This document shows positions 28,414-37,838 of a DNA stretch of 64,000 nt, piece after piece; the first letter of the stretch is position 1; each line of letters opens with the position of its first letter. The translations under genes and the position numbers were made by a program. The stretch comes from Turneriella sp. (GTDB lineage Bacteria > Spirochaetota > Leptospiria > Turneriellales > Turneriellaceae), in contig CBDIID010000003.1 of NCBI GenBank assembly GCA_965279515.1, positions 1,120,001-1,184,000 of the forward strand, given 5' to 3'. The notes under the pieces were generated by a model. That model worked only from the letters and a program-made list of their open reading frames with translations. It searched no databases and was not told where the DNA came from.

Positions 28414-29182
28414 GTTGTTCCTCCGTTGTCTCAGGCGCAATGCCTGTTTTGGCGCAGATCTCGCGCCATAAGATCATATAGGCTTCCGCGGGCGCAGATA
28501 GTTTTGCACGGGCGTTCACGGGTTTACGCCGGATGCCCATTTTTTCGATCTCGCCGCTGAAAGGAATGTAGTTTCTGCAGATTTGCGGATTGGATGCCCA
28601 GAGAATTTCCATGCTTTCGTGGTGCAGCTTTTTACGCGCCTGAACCATAGAAAAGAACGGAATGATGGCGGCCTGATCGATTTCATTCTCAGCATAAAAT
28701 TGCCCGATCTGCTGCAGTGTTCTCAGCGACAGTGTCGTGGGAATTACAGGGACCAGTAAAAAGTCAGAGGCTTTGAAGATGTTCTCCGAAAGCAGCAAAA
28801 TACCGGGCGGGCTGTCCAGGAAAACAACGTCGAAATTTTCACGCAGCGGCTTCAGCGCCTCGCGTATACGGCGCCGCGATTTTTTCATGTCGTCGAGCGC
28901 GATGTCGATATTCCTGAATTCAAAATCAGCCGGTATGAGTGATAGGCGCGGGTATTCTGTTTGGCGGATGATTTCGGAAATGTCATCTTTGCCCTTCACG
29001 ACCCTTTTGACCGAGCTCGTTTCCGGTTCGACCGCCCTGAGATAATAACCGGCGGCGCCTTGCGGGTCAAGATCCCAAATCAGCGTTTTCAACCCCCCTT
29101 TGGAGGCGAGATAAGCCAGGTTGACCGCCGTTGCGGTTTTCCCGACTCCCCCTTTCAGGTTGTAGACGCCCAAAGTCAGCAT
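28394..29182 (-). CDS. Orphan ParA/MinD-family ATPase
   Basis: YNLKGGVGKT, WDLDPQG, LDSPP. Confidence 0.9.
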   Translation of the reverse strand: MLTLGVYNLKGGVGKTATAVNLAYLASKGGLKTLIWDLDPQGAAGYYLRAVEPETSSVKRVVKGKDDISEIIRQTEYPRLSLIPADFEFRNIDIALDDMKKSRRRIREALKPLRENFDVVFLDSPPGILLLSENIFKASDFLLVPVIPTTLSLRTLQQIGQFYAENEIDQAAIIPFFSMVQARKKLHHESMEILWASNPQICRNYIPFSGEIEKMGIRRKPVNARAKLSAPAEAYMILWREICAKTGIAPETTEEQHESGLP

Positions 29183-29502
29183 TATTTCTCTTTTTTCTTC
29201 GGTTTCTCTTTTTTCCGGGATTTTTGCGATTCTGCGTGCTTTTTAAGCTGCTTTTTTACATGCTTATGAAGATGGCGCAGTTCTTCTGCGGTTACCGCTT
29301 CGTTCGCCTTGGCGGCTTCAAACTGCTGCCGGGCACTATCCAGATGTGTTTTGGCCACCGAGTAGGCTTCGAGCGCCGTTTCCAGGTTCTTGCGGACTTC
29401 AAGGCTAACGGCGACATCAGAAACCCCTTCAGCCATGGTGCGCAAACGTTCTACTTTTTCCCTGGCCTTCTCTGCCAGGTCACTTTTTTCTTTTTCCTTC
29501 AT
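29182..29502 (-). CDS. Small coiled-coil protein with basic C-terminal tail
   Basis: 106-aa ORF, TAATG coupling to the ParA gene, Lys-rich end. Confidence 0.65.
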   Translation of the reverse strand: MKEKEKSDLAEKAREKVERLRTMAEGVSDVAVSLEVRKNLETALEAYSVAKTHLDSARQQFEAAKANEAVTAEELRHLHKHVKKQLKKHAESQKSRKKEKPKKKEK

Positions 29503-29565
29503 ATTCCCTCACTTAAACAACAAAAAAGCCCAATACCGGCCTATCTGTAAAGCTTTAAATATGTC

Positions 29566-29585
29566 ATTTCGGAAATTAACTAATT
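29566..29585. promoter_or_regulatory. Palindromic operator, copy 2
   Basis: ATTTCGGAAATTAACTAATT. Confidence 0.6.
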
Positions 29586-29610
29586 ATAAAGCGATGCATC
29601 AATCGCTCTT

Positions 29611-29630
29611 ATTTAGTTAATTAGCTAAAT
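29611..29630. promoter_or_regulatory. Palindromic operator, copy 3 (best palindrome)
   Basis: ATTTAGTTAATTAGCTAAAT, 18/20 identical to its reverse complement. Confidence 0.75.
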
Positions 29631-29693
29631 TTACAATTTACAAGATGACTACACTTCAGTTATGTCCCCCAAAATAACCCGAATGGAGAAACA

Positions 29694-30563
29694 ATGAAAA
29701 ACACCTCTGAAGCAACGAAATACTCTCTAAAAACCCTGCTTTTCATGGCACTCGTCGTTGGAGCGATCTTTACGACCACAACGATGGCCCAAACTGCCCC
29801 GGCAAAACCAGCCGTCGCCCCCGCTGCTGCGGCCCCTGCAGCCGCAACCCCAGGCGCGCCAGCCACCGGTGAAGCTGCCCCCCTGGGCAGCGAAGGCAAT
29901 AAAGAAGCTGCCTCATTCGCCGAAGCGGGTGATATCAACATCTTCCATAGCAAAGATCCTGCGCTGTGGATTCTCATCGCCCTGTTCTTTATCGCCCTCG
30001 CCATCGGCGCCGAGCGCCTTTGGGTGCTTCTGAACAGCAAATCGGCCAACGCTGACCTTGTGCGCCTCGTCACAGAGCGACTCAGCAAGAACCCCGGGAC
30101 CGGCGAAGACCTCGCGGCCGAAGTGGCGACCCCCAAATTCGGCGTCGAAGGCCGCATCGTGGCCGTGACACTGAAGGGCTGGCAGCACGACGAAGATACG
30201 ATTCAATCATATGCCAATGCAGCGATGGTCGCTGAACGCCGCTACCTCAGCTCACGCCTGCCGATTCTTTCGACCCTCGGTAACAACGCTCCGTTTATCG
30301 GCCTTTTGGGCACGGTTTTAGGTATCATGAAAGCCTTCCGCGATCTCGCCGGCGCAGCCGATGCAGGTCCGCAGGTCGTGATGAAAGGTATCTCTGAAGC
30401 GCTGGTCGCCACGGCGATGGGCCTCGGCGTCGCGATTCCCTGCGTGATGCTCTTCAACTACTTCTCTTCGGTCATCAAACGCAAAATGTCAAACGCCGAA
30501 GAAGTTACCAACATTATCGTGGCGCTGCGCCGGGCAACACGCTCGGGCAACAAGGTAGTCTAA
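29694..30563 (+). CDS. exbB: ExbB/TolQ/MotA proton channel
   Basis: TLGNNAPFIGLLGTVLGIM, GISEALVATAMGL. Confidence 0.92.
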   Translation: MKNTSEATKYSLKTLLFMALVVGAIFTTTTMAQTAPAKPAVAPAAAAPAAATPGAPATGEAAPLGSEGNKEAASFAEAGDINIFHSKDPALWILIALFFIALAIGAERLWVLLNSKSANADLVRLVTERLSKNPGTGEDLAAEVATPKFGVEGRIVAVTLKGWQHDEDTIQSYANAAMVAERRYLSSRLPILSTLGNNAPFIGLLGTVLGIMKAFRDLAGAADAGPQVVMKGISEALVATAMGLGVAIPCVMLFNYFSSVIKRKMSNAEEVTNIIVALRRATRSGNKVV

Positions 30564-30564
30564 A

Positions 30565-30993
30565 ATGGCCGCGAAAGTAGGCGATTCAGGCGGCGACGAG
30601 GTTATCGGCGACATCAATGTCGTACCCCTCGTCGACATCATGCTCGTGCTCGTGATCATTCTGATGGTCACAGCCGAGTTCACGAAATACCGCACGGTAC
30701 CCATCCAGCTGCCCAAAGTCAATGCAGTGGCGATGAAACGTGAACCGCATAAAGTGGCGATCACTATCAAGCCCGACGGGAAAGTTTTTCTCGGCGATAA
30801 GCCGATCAAGAATCTCGAAGAGCTGGGGCCTCGCCTCACCGCCGCCAAAAAAGCGCAACCCGATGTTGCGGTGATTCTGCGCATGGAAAAAGACACGAAA
30901 TACAGCGACATGCTGAAGGTTCTCGATGACGTAAAACTCTCGGGCATCAGCAAGGTCGGTCTCGCCGTCGACTCGGCAAAAAAAGGTAAGTAG
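30565..30993 (+). CDS. exbD: ExbD/TolR
   Basis: INVVPLVDIMLVLVIILMV. Confidence 0.92.
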   Translation: MAAKVGDSGGDEVIGDINVVPLVDIMLVLVIILMVTAEFTKYRTVPIQLPKVNAVAMKREPHKVAITIKPDGKVFLGDKPIKNLEELGPRLTAAKKAQPDVAVILRMEKDTKYSDMLKVLDDVKLSGISKVGLAVDSAKKGK

Positions 30994-30998
30994 GATTT

Positions 30999-31742
30999 AT
31001 GGCTGCGGATGTAATTAACCCCCCTCCCAGCCTCCCCCCTAATAGGGGGGAGGTGCCGAAGGCGGTGGGGGGTAAGCGCAGTTCGCGCCGCGGCGTCGTA
31101 ACCTTCGACGGCATTCGCCTCGGCAACGGCACGCTGCTCTACCCCGGCCTTTCGAACACATTTGAGAATTATGAGCTCATTCCCTGGATCAGCCGGCACA
31201 AAGCTGTCTGGCTCGGCGCTATCTTGCTCATACTGTCGTTAGGTTACACGTTCATCAATATCAACTGGGGCCCGTCAGACGACGAACTCGACAAGATCGC
31301 TGTCGGCGTCGACTTTGGCGACGTGGTACAGCCATTCAAAAAGAAACCGGCGAAACCGCGTGAAGAAGTCGACGAAGTTTTCGGCAATGAATTCATCAAA
31401 GACAAAAAGGTAGACCCCGACAAAGAAGATCCGCGTATCTCGACGGCCGCAAACTCTGCTGTTGCCGGTGGCAACGGTGGTGTCGATCTCTCACCCGAAA
31501 TCAGGCCTCCTTATACTGCTGAGGCCAGATCGTCTGGCATCGAAGGCACAGTGACGCTTGAAATCGTCATCGACGAAACCGGCAAAGTATTGCGCGCACG
31601 CGCCGTCGGTAAAAAGCTCGGCATGGGGCTCGATGAGGCGGCGATGAAGACCTACCGCCAGAAAAAATTCAGCCCTTACGTGGTTCAGGGTAAAGCCGTA
31701 CCGATCAAGAGTTATATCCGCGTAAAGTTCGCTCTGGAATGA
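30999..31742 (+). CDS. tonB: TonB energy transducer
   Basis: Single TM; C-terminal PPYTAEARSSGIEGTV...GLDEAA...FSP. Confidence 0.88.
   Translation: MAADVINPPPSLPPNRGEVPKAVGGKRSSRRGVVTFDGIRLGNGTLLYPGLSNTFENYELIPWISRHKAVWLGAILLILSLGYTFININWGPSDDELDKIAVGVDFGDVVQPFKKKPAKPREEVDEVFGNEFIKDKKVDPDKEDPRISTAANSAVAGGNGGVDLSPEIRPPYTAEARSSGIEGTVTLEIVIDETGKVLRARAVGKKLGMGLDEAAMKTYRQKKFSPYVVQGKAVPIKSYIRVKFALE
31017..31073 (+). repeat. GC-rich palindromic element in frame inside the tonB 5' end
   Basis: CCTCCCCCCT-AAT-AGGGGGGAGG stem within ACCCCCC...GGGGGGT; encodes PPPSLPPNRGEVPKAVGG. Confidence 0.7.
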
Positions 31743-31748
31743 CCTAGG

Positions 31749-31787
31749 ATGAGGATTACATGCGACATAAGCAGGGTTAATCCTCAT
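31749..31787 (+). terminator. Stem-loop after tonB (terminator or mRNA stabiliser)
   Basis: ATGAGGATTA...TAATCCTCAT perfect 10-bp arms, followed by TATTT. Confidence 0.5.
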
Positions 31788-31796
31788 TATTTCTAC

Positions 31797-31816
31797 ATTT
31801 AGCCAATTACCTAATT
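31797..31816. promoter_or_regulatory. Palindromic operator, copy 4 (upstream of the TBDR)
   Basis: ATTTAGCCAATTACCTAATT. Confidence 0.72.
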
Positions 31817-31859
31817 AATGATTTACAGTTTGAGTGCGTTGCAAAAAAGGAGAACAGAC

Positions 31860-34730
31860 ATGCTGCGAAACAGCCAAAAGTCAAATTTAAAGGGGTTAAC
31901 CGGGGCCATCGCGCTTGCGTTAGCTCTCTATTCCATTCAGGGCGACCTTTTCGCCGCCCCTAAAAAGGCAGCGCCAGCCGCCACAGCAGTCGCCGGCCCC
32001 GCGGGCACCATACGCGGCAAGGTTATCGACTCAGCCAACGGCGAGCCGATGATCGGCGTCACGGCGGTGGTCAAAGAGCTCAACCTCTTTGCAGTCACCG
32101 ACATCGACGGCAGTTATGTCATTACGAACGTACCCCCGGGTGCGCAGACGGTCACCTACCAGATTCAGGGCTACCAGACGGCAGCGACACAGGTCAATGT
32201 CGCGCCAGGCAAGGCGGCGCGCGCTAACGTGACGATGAATTACCAGGTCTCGAAAGAGGTCGTGGTGACGGCGAAGCGGATGGACAACACGGCAGCATCA
32301 CTTCTTTCGAAACAGAAGAAGGCCGCCGCTGCTCAAGATGCGATTTCCGCCGAACAGATCAATAAGAGCCCCGATAACGACGCGGCCGATGCCGCAAAGC
32401 GGGTAACTGGCCTTAGCATCGTCGGTGGGCAAAACGTTTTCATACGCGGGATGTCCGACAGATACTCCGTAGTCCTCGTAAACGGCGCCTTGGTGCCCTC
32501 ACCTATTCCCACGCGACGCGTAGTGCCTCTCGATATTTTCCCTGTGTCGTTGCTGGATAACATGACTGTCGTCAAAAGTTATTTGGCGAAATATCCAGGG
32601 GAATTCGGTGCCGGAGTCATCGACATCGAAACGCGGGATTATCCAGAGCAAAAAGAACTCAAACTAGGATTAAGTTTTGGGGCAAATACCCAAACGACCT
32701 TTAAAACATTCGGAACCTATTCAGGCGGTAAGCTTGATTTTCTCGGCTATGACGATGGTACGCGCTCCTTACCGAGCCAAATTTCAAGCTCTAAAGTGTC
32801 ACCGTACAGTTCCGTCACTGGAACAGGATATACAAATTCAGAACGCATTGCTATCGCGCAACAGTTTAACAATAGTTGGTCCAGAAAAGACTCTTCTGGC
32901 TTACCAGCAGGTCGAATCAGCGTTTCATTTGGCAATACATACGAGCTCGGTCAAAACCAAAAGCTAGGCGTACTGGCTTCAGGATTTTTTCAGGAAAGTT
33001 CACAGACCATCAAAGGCGTTTTCAAGCGCTACCTCGCTGATAAATCTCTGGCTGCCGATTATTCGTATGAAGATTTTAATTATTCCACAACGAAAACCGG
33101 GCAGCTTTCCCTTACCTATGCTTCGTCAAAGCGGAATAAGTTTAAGCTAAATACTTTTTACACACAAAAATCCAGTGATACAACACGACAAAATATCGGC
33201 CAATACGATTATTCAAGCAACGGAACAAAGACCATCCTTGCATTTTCTGAAGCATCACTGATATTTAATCAGCTCAAAGGTGAGCACAAGCTTGAGTTCT
33301 TAGATTCTGAAATAGATTGGTATCTAAACGCTTCCGTTGCGCTACGTAACCAGCCTGATACCCGCGCTACTCGTTATACAAAAGATGGCCTATTTGAACA
33401 ATCTCGCAACATGACGCGGTACTTTAACAACCACAATGAGAACCTGTTTCAGGGTGGGGCCGCGTTCCACACGCCTTTCCAGCAGTGGTCGGGCCTTAAG
33501 GCAAAATTCAGCGTTGGCGGTGATGCTTCTTACCGCTACCGAACCACAAAGAGCCGGCGCTTTACCCATGACTTGCAAAGCATACCGAACCTAGCGCTTT
33601 CTGCTGAAGACATCTTTCGTCAGGGGCAACCTATGACCTCAGAAGTCACCGGTACATCGATTGCCGAGGGGCTTGATGCCTATGACGCATCGTTGCAAAT
33701 CTTTGGCGGTTACACTCAGTTAGATATGCCGCTTATTCCGCGCCTGCGCTTTATTCCCGGCGTTCGGGTGGAAAACTGGAAACAAAAGGCGGATGCCTTT
33801 AACATTTTTGACAGCTCACTGAAAGATAAGTCACAATTAACAGCCACAAATGTTATGCCTACAGTGAATCTCGTCTACACACCTATTGACGACCTGAATA
33901 TCCGGTTGGGTGGCAGCCAGACTATCAATCGCCCCGATTTTATCGAGGCGGCCAATTTCAGGCTCTTTGACGATTTAGTCACAGGAGCTCTCATCAAAGG
34001 TAATCCCAATCTTCAAGCCGCGACCATTACCAGCGGCGACCTGCGTGTAGAATATTTCCCCGGTGTCGCCGAGGTAATTGCTGTCAGTGGTTTTTACAAA
34101 CAAATTGATAAACCCATCGAGGCAGCGGTCGGTGCCTTAGCAGATGACCTGCAATTCACATACATCAATCAAAACAAAGCAACTTTGCTCGGTGGTGAAA
34201 TTGAAATCCGTAAAAACCTGGGCTTCATTTCCGGTTTTCTAAAACCGTTTTCTGTTCTGTCGAACGCAACCATAGTTCAATCAGAAATTGAATTCAATCC
34301 TAGTGTAACAACGGTCGAGACCAACAAGCGCCGTCCATTGCAAGGACAATCTCCTTGGTTGCTTAATGCGGGACTTTATTACGATAACGAAAAATCCGGA
34401 ACCAGTATCGCCGGCCTCTATAATGTTTTCGGCCGCCGAATTGTTCAGGTCGGGGTGAACGGCCTACCCAACACCTATGAAGAATCGTACGGTACGCTTG
34501 ACCTGATTCTCAAGCAGAAATTCGGAAAATCCATCGATCTAAAGATCGCAGCAGCTAATTTATTAGATCCTGAAATCACTCAAAACCAGGGAACCGATGA
34601 CAAGTTGCTGGTAGAAAGATATCGCCGGGGCATTAATATCTCTGTCGGCGTAACCTATAGCCTCTGGGCGGCACAACAAGAAGAAAGTAATACTGAAATC
34701 GAAAAAGTATCAAAAGGAGAATCAAAATGA
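31860..34730 (+). CDS. TonB-dependent receptor with N-terminal carboxypeptidase-regulatory-like domain
   Basis: AAGGAG RBS; GTIRGKVID, plug IRGMSDRY / VPLDIFP, barrel RPLQGQSP, NLLD. Confidence 0.92.
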   Translation: MLRNSQKSNLKGLTGAIALALALYSIQGDLFAAPKKAAPAATAVAGPAGTIRGKVIDSANGEPMIGVTAVVKELNLFAVTDIDGSYVITNVPPGAQTVTYQIQGYQTAATQVNVAPGKAARANVTMNYQVSKEVVVTAKRMDNTAASLLSKQKKAAAAQDAISAEQINKSPDNDAADAAKRVTGLSIVGGQNVFIRGMSDRYSVVLVNGALVPSPIPTRRVVPLDIFPVSLLDNMTVVKSYLAKYPGEFGAGVIDIETRDYPEQKELKLGLSFGANTQTTFKTFGTYSGGKLDFLGYDDGTRSLPSQISSSKVSPYSSVTGTGYTNSERIAIAQQFNNSWSRKDSSGLPAGRISVSFGNTYELGQNQKLGVLASGFFQESSQTIKGVFKRYLADKSLAADYSYEDFNYSTTKTGQLSLTYASSKRNKFKLNTFYTQKSSDTTRQNIGQYDYSSNGTKTILAFSEASLIFNQLKGEHKLEFLDSEIDWYLNASVALRNQPDTRATRYTKDGLFEQSRNMTRYFNNHNENLFQGGAAFHTPFQQWSGLKAKFSVGGDASYRYRTTKSRRFTHDLQSIPNLALSAEDIFRQGQPMTSEVTGTSIAEGLDAYDASLQIFGGYTQLDMPLIPRLRFIPGVRVENWKQKADAFNIFDSSLKDKSQLTATNVMPTVNLVYTPIDDLNIRLGGSQTINRPDFIEAANFRLFDDLVTGALIKGNPNLQAATITSGDLRVEYFPGVAEVIAVSGFYKQIDKPIEAAVGALADDLQFTYINQNKATLLGGEIEIRKNLGFISGFLKPFSVLSNATIVQSEIEFNPSVTTVETNKRRPLQGQSPWLLNAGLYYDNEKSGTSIAGLYNVFGRRIVQVGVNGLPNTYEESYGTLDLILKQKFGKSIDLKIAAANLLDPEITQNQGTDDKLLVERYRRGINISVGVTYSLWAAQQEESNTEIEKVSKGESK

Positions 34731-36271
34731 AAAAAGCGAAGTTAATCGCAGTTTCACTAGTCGCCGCTGCGCTACTGGTATCGAACTGCTCTTCCAGTAG
34801 TGACAGTGCATCAACGGATGCGTGTGCGAAAGTAAACAGTGACGGCGGCATGTGCGGAGATATCACAAGCAGCAAAAGTTATGCTGCGAATTCGAATATC
34901 AGCATTCGTGGTGCGGTGAAGATAAAATCGGGTAATACGCTGACCATCGGTGCCGGCTCGACGATCAAGGCGGACACCTCAACCCTAACCTACCTGCTGA
35001 TTGAACGGGGTGCCACCATCAGCGCTGTCGGTACGGCGGCAAATCCCATTGTTTTCACCAGTGGGGGGACCACAGGAAGCCGAAACCCGTCAGATTGGGG
35101 TGGCATCGTCGTTCATGGTAAATCAGCGACTAATAATACCGCCAGCCTGAATTATGCGGCAGATTCTGAGATCTTTACCGGCCCGTATGGGTGCGGTGAA
35201 TCCGGAAACGCTTGTGATGGCTCATTAAACAACAGCGATAGCAGCGGTACGATTCAGTATGTTCGCATCGAATTTGCAGGCCGGGAGATTTCTGCCGGTA
35301 AAGAATTTAACGGACTTTTCCTGGCCGGGGTTGGTAAAGGTACAACGATTGATCACGTACAATTCCACAGAGGTTCTGACGACGGCATTGAAATATTCGG
35401 TGGCGCGGTTGATATTCGTTATGCCATGATTACCGATAACCAGGACGACGCCTTCGATGTAGATGAAGGTTGGAGAGGCACAGCGCAATTTGTCGTAGCT
35501 GCTGTCCCTAAAGATGGGGATCAAGGCATTGAGTACGATGGTATTGGCGCAGACGCAAGCCGTGCGACTAATGTACCTTTATCCAATTTTACCATTCTTG
35601 GGTCTATCAATAAAACCGTTCCCGGCGCAATTTCGGTTCGTGCCAGTGGCACAATGGGGTTATACAATTCGTACATTGCCCACTTCTCAGGCACGAATGG
35701 TGTAGTTGCTGTGGCTGACAATTCGGTTTGTTTAGCAAAGAACTCCGCCGCAACAGCAGGTAGCGCTCCAGTTACATGCAGTGGCTCGGCAGTTACACCC
35801 GATGCAAATTTCGTAGGCACATATCGCTTACGCTTCGAGAGTAACTTACTCGAGTGTATGTTCACGGAAACATCATTTACGACAGCAAAAGCAAGTCTGG
35901 ATTCTCTGTTTGCGCGGGGCAACCAACCCAATGGAGCCAGTGCGAGCAGCTTTAACGCGAACAGTGCCAGTGCTGCAGGAACAGACATGAGTACGGTAGG
36001 TAGATTTCCGACTTCCGCCGGTACTGGGAACAACGACAGTTCCGTCTTAAACTGCACAGCTCCGAAACTAGCACGGCCGGGCGACGGCGTGCTTTGGGGC
36101 GTGACCAGCGGAGTTTCTGAATTCAGACCTGCTGCCATTACAAGCTTGACAGAAACTGATCCACCTGCAGCTCCGAACGGAACGGATATAAGCCTGCCTG
36201 GTTATGTCGGTGCCTTCTCAGGCGTAGGCGATACCTGGGCTGATACCTGGACATCTTTTCCCGCAAACTAA
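34727..36271 (+). CDS. Secreted lipoprotein, predicted beta-helix-like, partner of the TBDR
   Basis: Lipobox LVSNC; PIVFTS..DWGGIV, SGTIQYVRIEFAG, GVGKGTTIDHVQ, DDGIEIFGG, DDAFDVDEGW; ATGA overlap with the TBDR. Confidence 0.8.
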   Translation: MKKAKLIAVSLVAAALLVSNCSSSSDSASTDACAKVNSDGGMCGDITSSKSYAANSNISIRGAVKIKSGNTLTIGAGSTIKADTSTLTYLLIERGATISAVGTAANPIVFTSGGTTGSRNPSDWGGIVVHGKSATNNTASLNYAADSEIFTGPYGCGESGNACDGSLNNSDSSGTIQYVRIEFAGREISAGKEFNGLFLAGVGKGTTIDHVQFHRGSDDGIEIFGGAVDIRYAMITDNQDDAFDVDEGWRGTAQFVVAAVPKDGDQGIEYDGIGADASRATNVPLSNFTILGSINKTVPGAISVRASGTMGLYNSYIAHFSGTNGVVAVADNSVCLAKNSAATAGSAPVTCSGSAVTPDANFVGTYRLRFESNLLECMFTETSFTTAKASLDSLFARGNQPNGASASSFNANSASAAGTDMSTVGRFPTSAGTGNNDSSVLNCTAPKLARPGDGVLWGVTSGVSEFRPAAITSLTETDPPAAPNGTDISLPGYVGAFSGVGDTWADTWTSFPAN

Positions 36272-36279
36272 AAACTTCG

Positions 36280-36302
36280 GCGGCCTCTTTGAGGCCGCTT
36301 TT
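36280..36302 (+). terminator. Intrinsic terminator
   Basis: GCGGCCTC-TTT-GAGGCCGC-TTTT. Confidence 0.7.
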
Positions 36303-36311
36303 CCACAAAAC

Positions 36312-36827
36312 ATGAAACACAGATTATCCATAATCCTGCTCATACTGGCCTTCGTGTCTTGCGGAAAGAAAGTACCTCCTCTCAACGACCCCTTCGAAAG
36401 CCTCAAGGCCCTGACAGAACATCATCTGCACTGCATCGAACTGAATCAGGTCGAATGCCTCTCCGGCAGGCTATTATCCTACAAAGAATTTACAGCAAGC
36501 ATATACGCTTCCCTACCTGAAGGCAAAGATCCCGTCGCCAACATTTCACCAGACGTTTATTGGGGCTGGATTCTACCCGACAGGAAAAGGGGGATCAAAA
36601 AGCTCATGGAACGCTTCGGCGGAATGAAGTTAGTCAATTATACACTCGGCGAACCCAAAAGAGTAATGAAACTCGATGGAATCAAACTCCATAGGGATAT
36701 CCCCTTGTTTGCCGAGTTTCTAGATGCTAAGGATAATAAAAAGCATCAGCTCAGTTCTTCAGAAATACTCAAGGCCGTCGTCGAAGTCGATGGCAGTTTT
36801 AAACTCTGGAATCTTACGTACGAGTAA
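36312..36827 (+). CDS. Hypothetical lipoprotein
   Basis: MKHRLSIILLILAFVSC lipobox. Confidence 0.75.
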   Translation: MKHRLSIILLILAFVSCGKKVPPLNDPFESLKALTEHHLHCIELNQVECLSGRLLSYKEFTASIYASLPEGKDPVANISPDVYWGWILPDRKRGIKKLMERFGGMKLVNYTLGEPKRVMKLDGIKLHRDIPLFAEFLDAKDNKKHQLSSSEILKAVVEVDGSFKLWNLTYE

Positions 36828-36849
36828 CTTTGTCCGCATGCAAAAAAAC

Positions 36850-36892
36850 TTGCCACCACTCTTTAATTCCATATTATGGCAAATAACTAAAT
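36850..36892 (+). promoter_or_regulatory. Putative sigma70 promoter (TTGCCA-N16-TATTAT) overlapped by operator copy 5 (36873-36892)
   Basis: ATTATGGCAAATAACTAAAT ends immediately before ATG 36893. Confidence 0.55.
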
Positions 36893-37837
36893 ATGAACCG
36901 TCTGCAAATTAAATACCTCCAACATAAAATCAGCCGTTTTTGCATGGCTTCGGCCATGATAGCTATGCTCGGCGCCTGCAAGGGGAAGCAAGAAGTTCTG
37001 ATCAGCGGCTCAGAAACCATGCGGGGAGTGATTGGCGTTCTGGCTGAATCTTTCAATGCCAGCCAAAACCGTTATCTGGTAAAAGTCGGCGGCGGCGGCT
37101 CCAAGGTCGGCATCGACGACCTGACACACAGCCGCGTCGACATGGCCATGACCTCAAACGACATCAGCGAAACTCACCTCGCCGCGCTGGCCGACATCAG
37201 CAAATTCGAGAAAGTAGAAATCGGTTACGACGGCATCGCCATCGTTGTGCATCCCTCAAACCCGGTTACGCGCATCGATCTTTTGCAATATTCACAAATT
37301 CTCGCCGGCAAAATCACCAATTGGAAGCAGCTGGGCGGCGCCGATATGGCTATCATTCCCGTCGTGCGGAATAAATTTTCAGGCACCGAAGGTTATGTGC
37401 GCGAGCATGTTCTGCGCCGCAAAGATCTGGGTGAGCCTGTCTATGAAGCGTATAAAGATATCGAGTATGGCCCCGGCGCCGTCGTGAAACGCGATAACCG
37501 CGAGATTTTTGATTTCATCGACACCAACCTCGGCGCGATTGCATACATGGGTGTCGGCGTCGTAAAATCCGAAGGCGGAAAAAAAATCAAGATTCTGGAT
37601 TATTCGCTGCTGAAAGACGGCCCTTTCCTGCAACCGACGGTTGAAAATATTCAGGGTGGCAAATACCGCCTGTCGCGCGCACTCTCGATGGTCTATGTTC
37701 CCGATAACAGCAAGAAAGATGCTTTCATCGCCTTTACGCTCAGCGAGCAGGGACAGAAAAAGGTGCGCGAATACGATTATATGCAGGCAGCACCCACGAC
37801 GGTGCTCGTCATAGAAAAAAGGACACAGCCAAAATAA
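36893..37837 (+). CDS. pstS: PstS-family phosphate-binding lipoprotein (orphan; start may be 36944)
   Basis: LGAC lipobox; SGSETM, GGGSKVGI, GYDGIAIVVHPSNPV, RNKFSGT, YRLSR. Confidence 0.82.
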   Translation: MNRLQIKYLQHKISRFCMASAMIAMLGACKGKQEVLISGSETMRGVIGVLAESFNASQNRYLVKVGGGGSKVGIDDLTHSRVDMAMTSNDISETHLAALADISKFEKVEIGYDGIAIVVHPSNPVTRIDLLQYSQILAGKITNWKQLGGADMAIIPVVRNKFSGTEGYVREHVLRRKDLGEPVYEAYKDIEYGPGAVVKRDNREIFDFIDTNLGAIAYMGVGVVKSEGGKKIKILDYSLLKDGPFLQPTVENIQGGKYRLSRALSMVYVPDNSKKDAFIAFTLSEQGQKKVREYDYMQAAPTTVLVIEKRTQPK

Positions 37838-37838
37838 T

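Noticed and set aside
29630..29660. Possible Pho box (TTTACA repeats) upstream of exbB
   Set aside because: The repeats are not at convincing 11-bp spacing; the 20-bp palindrome explains the region better
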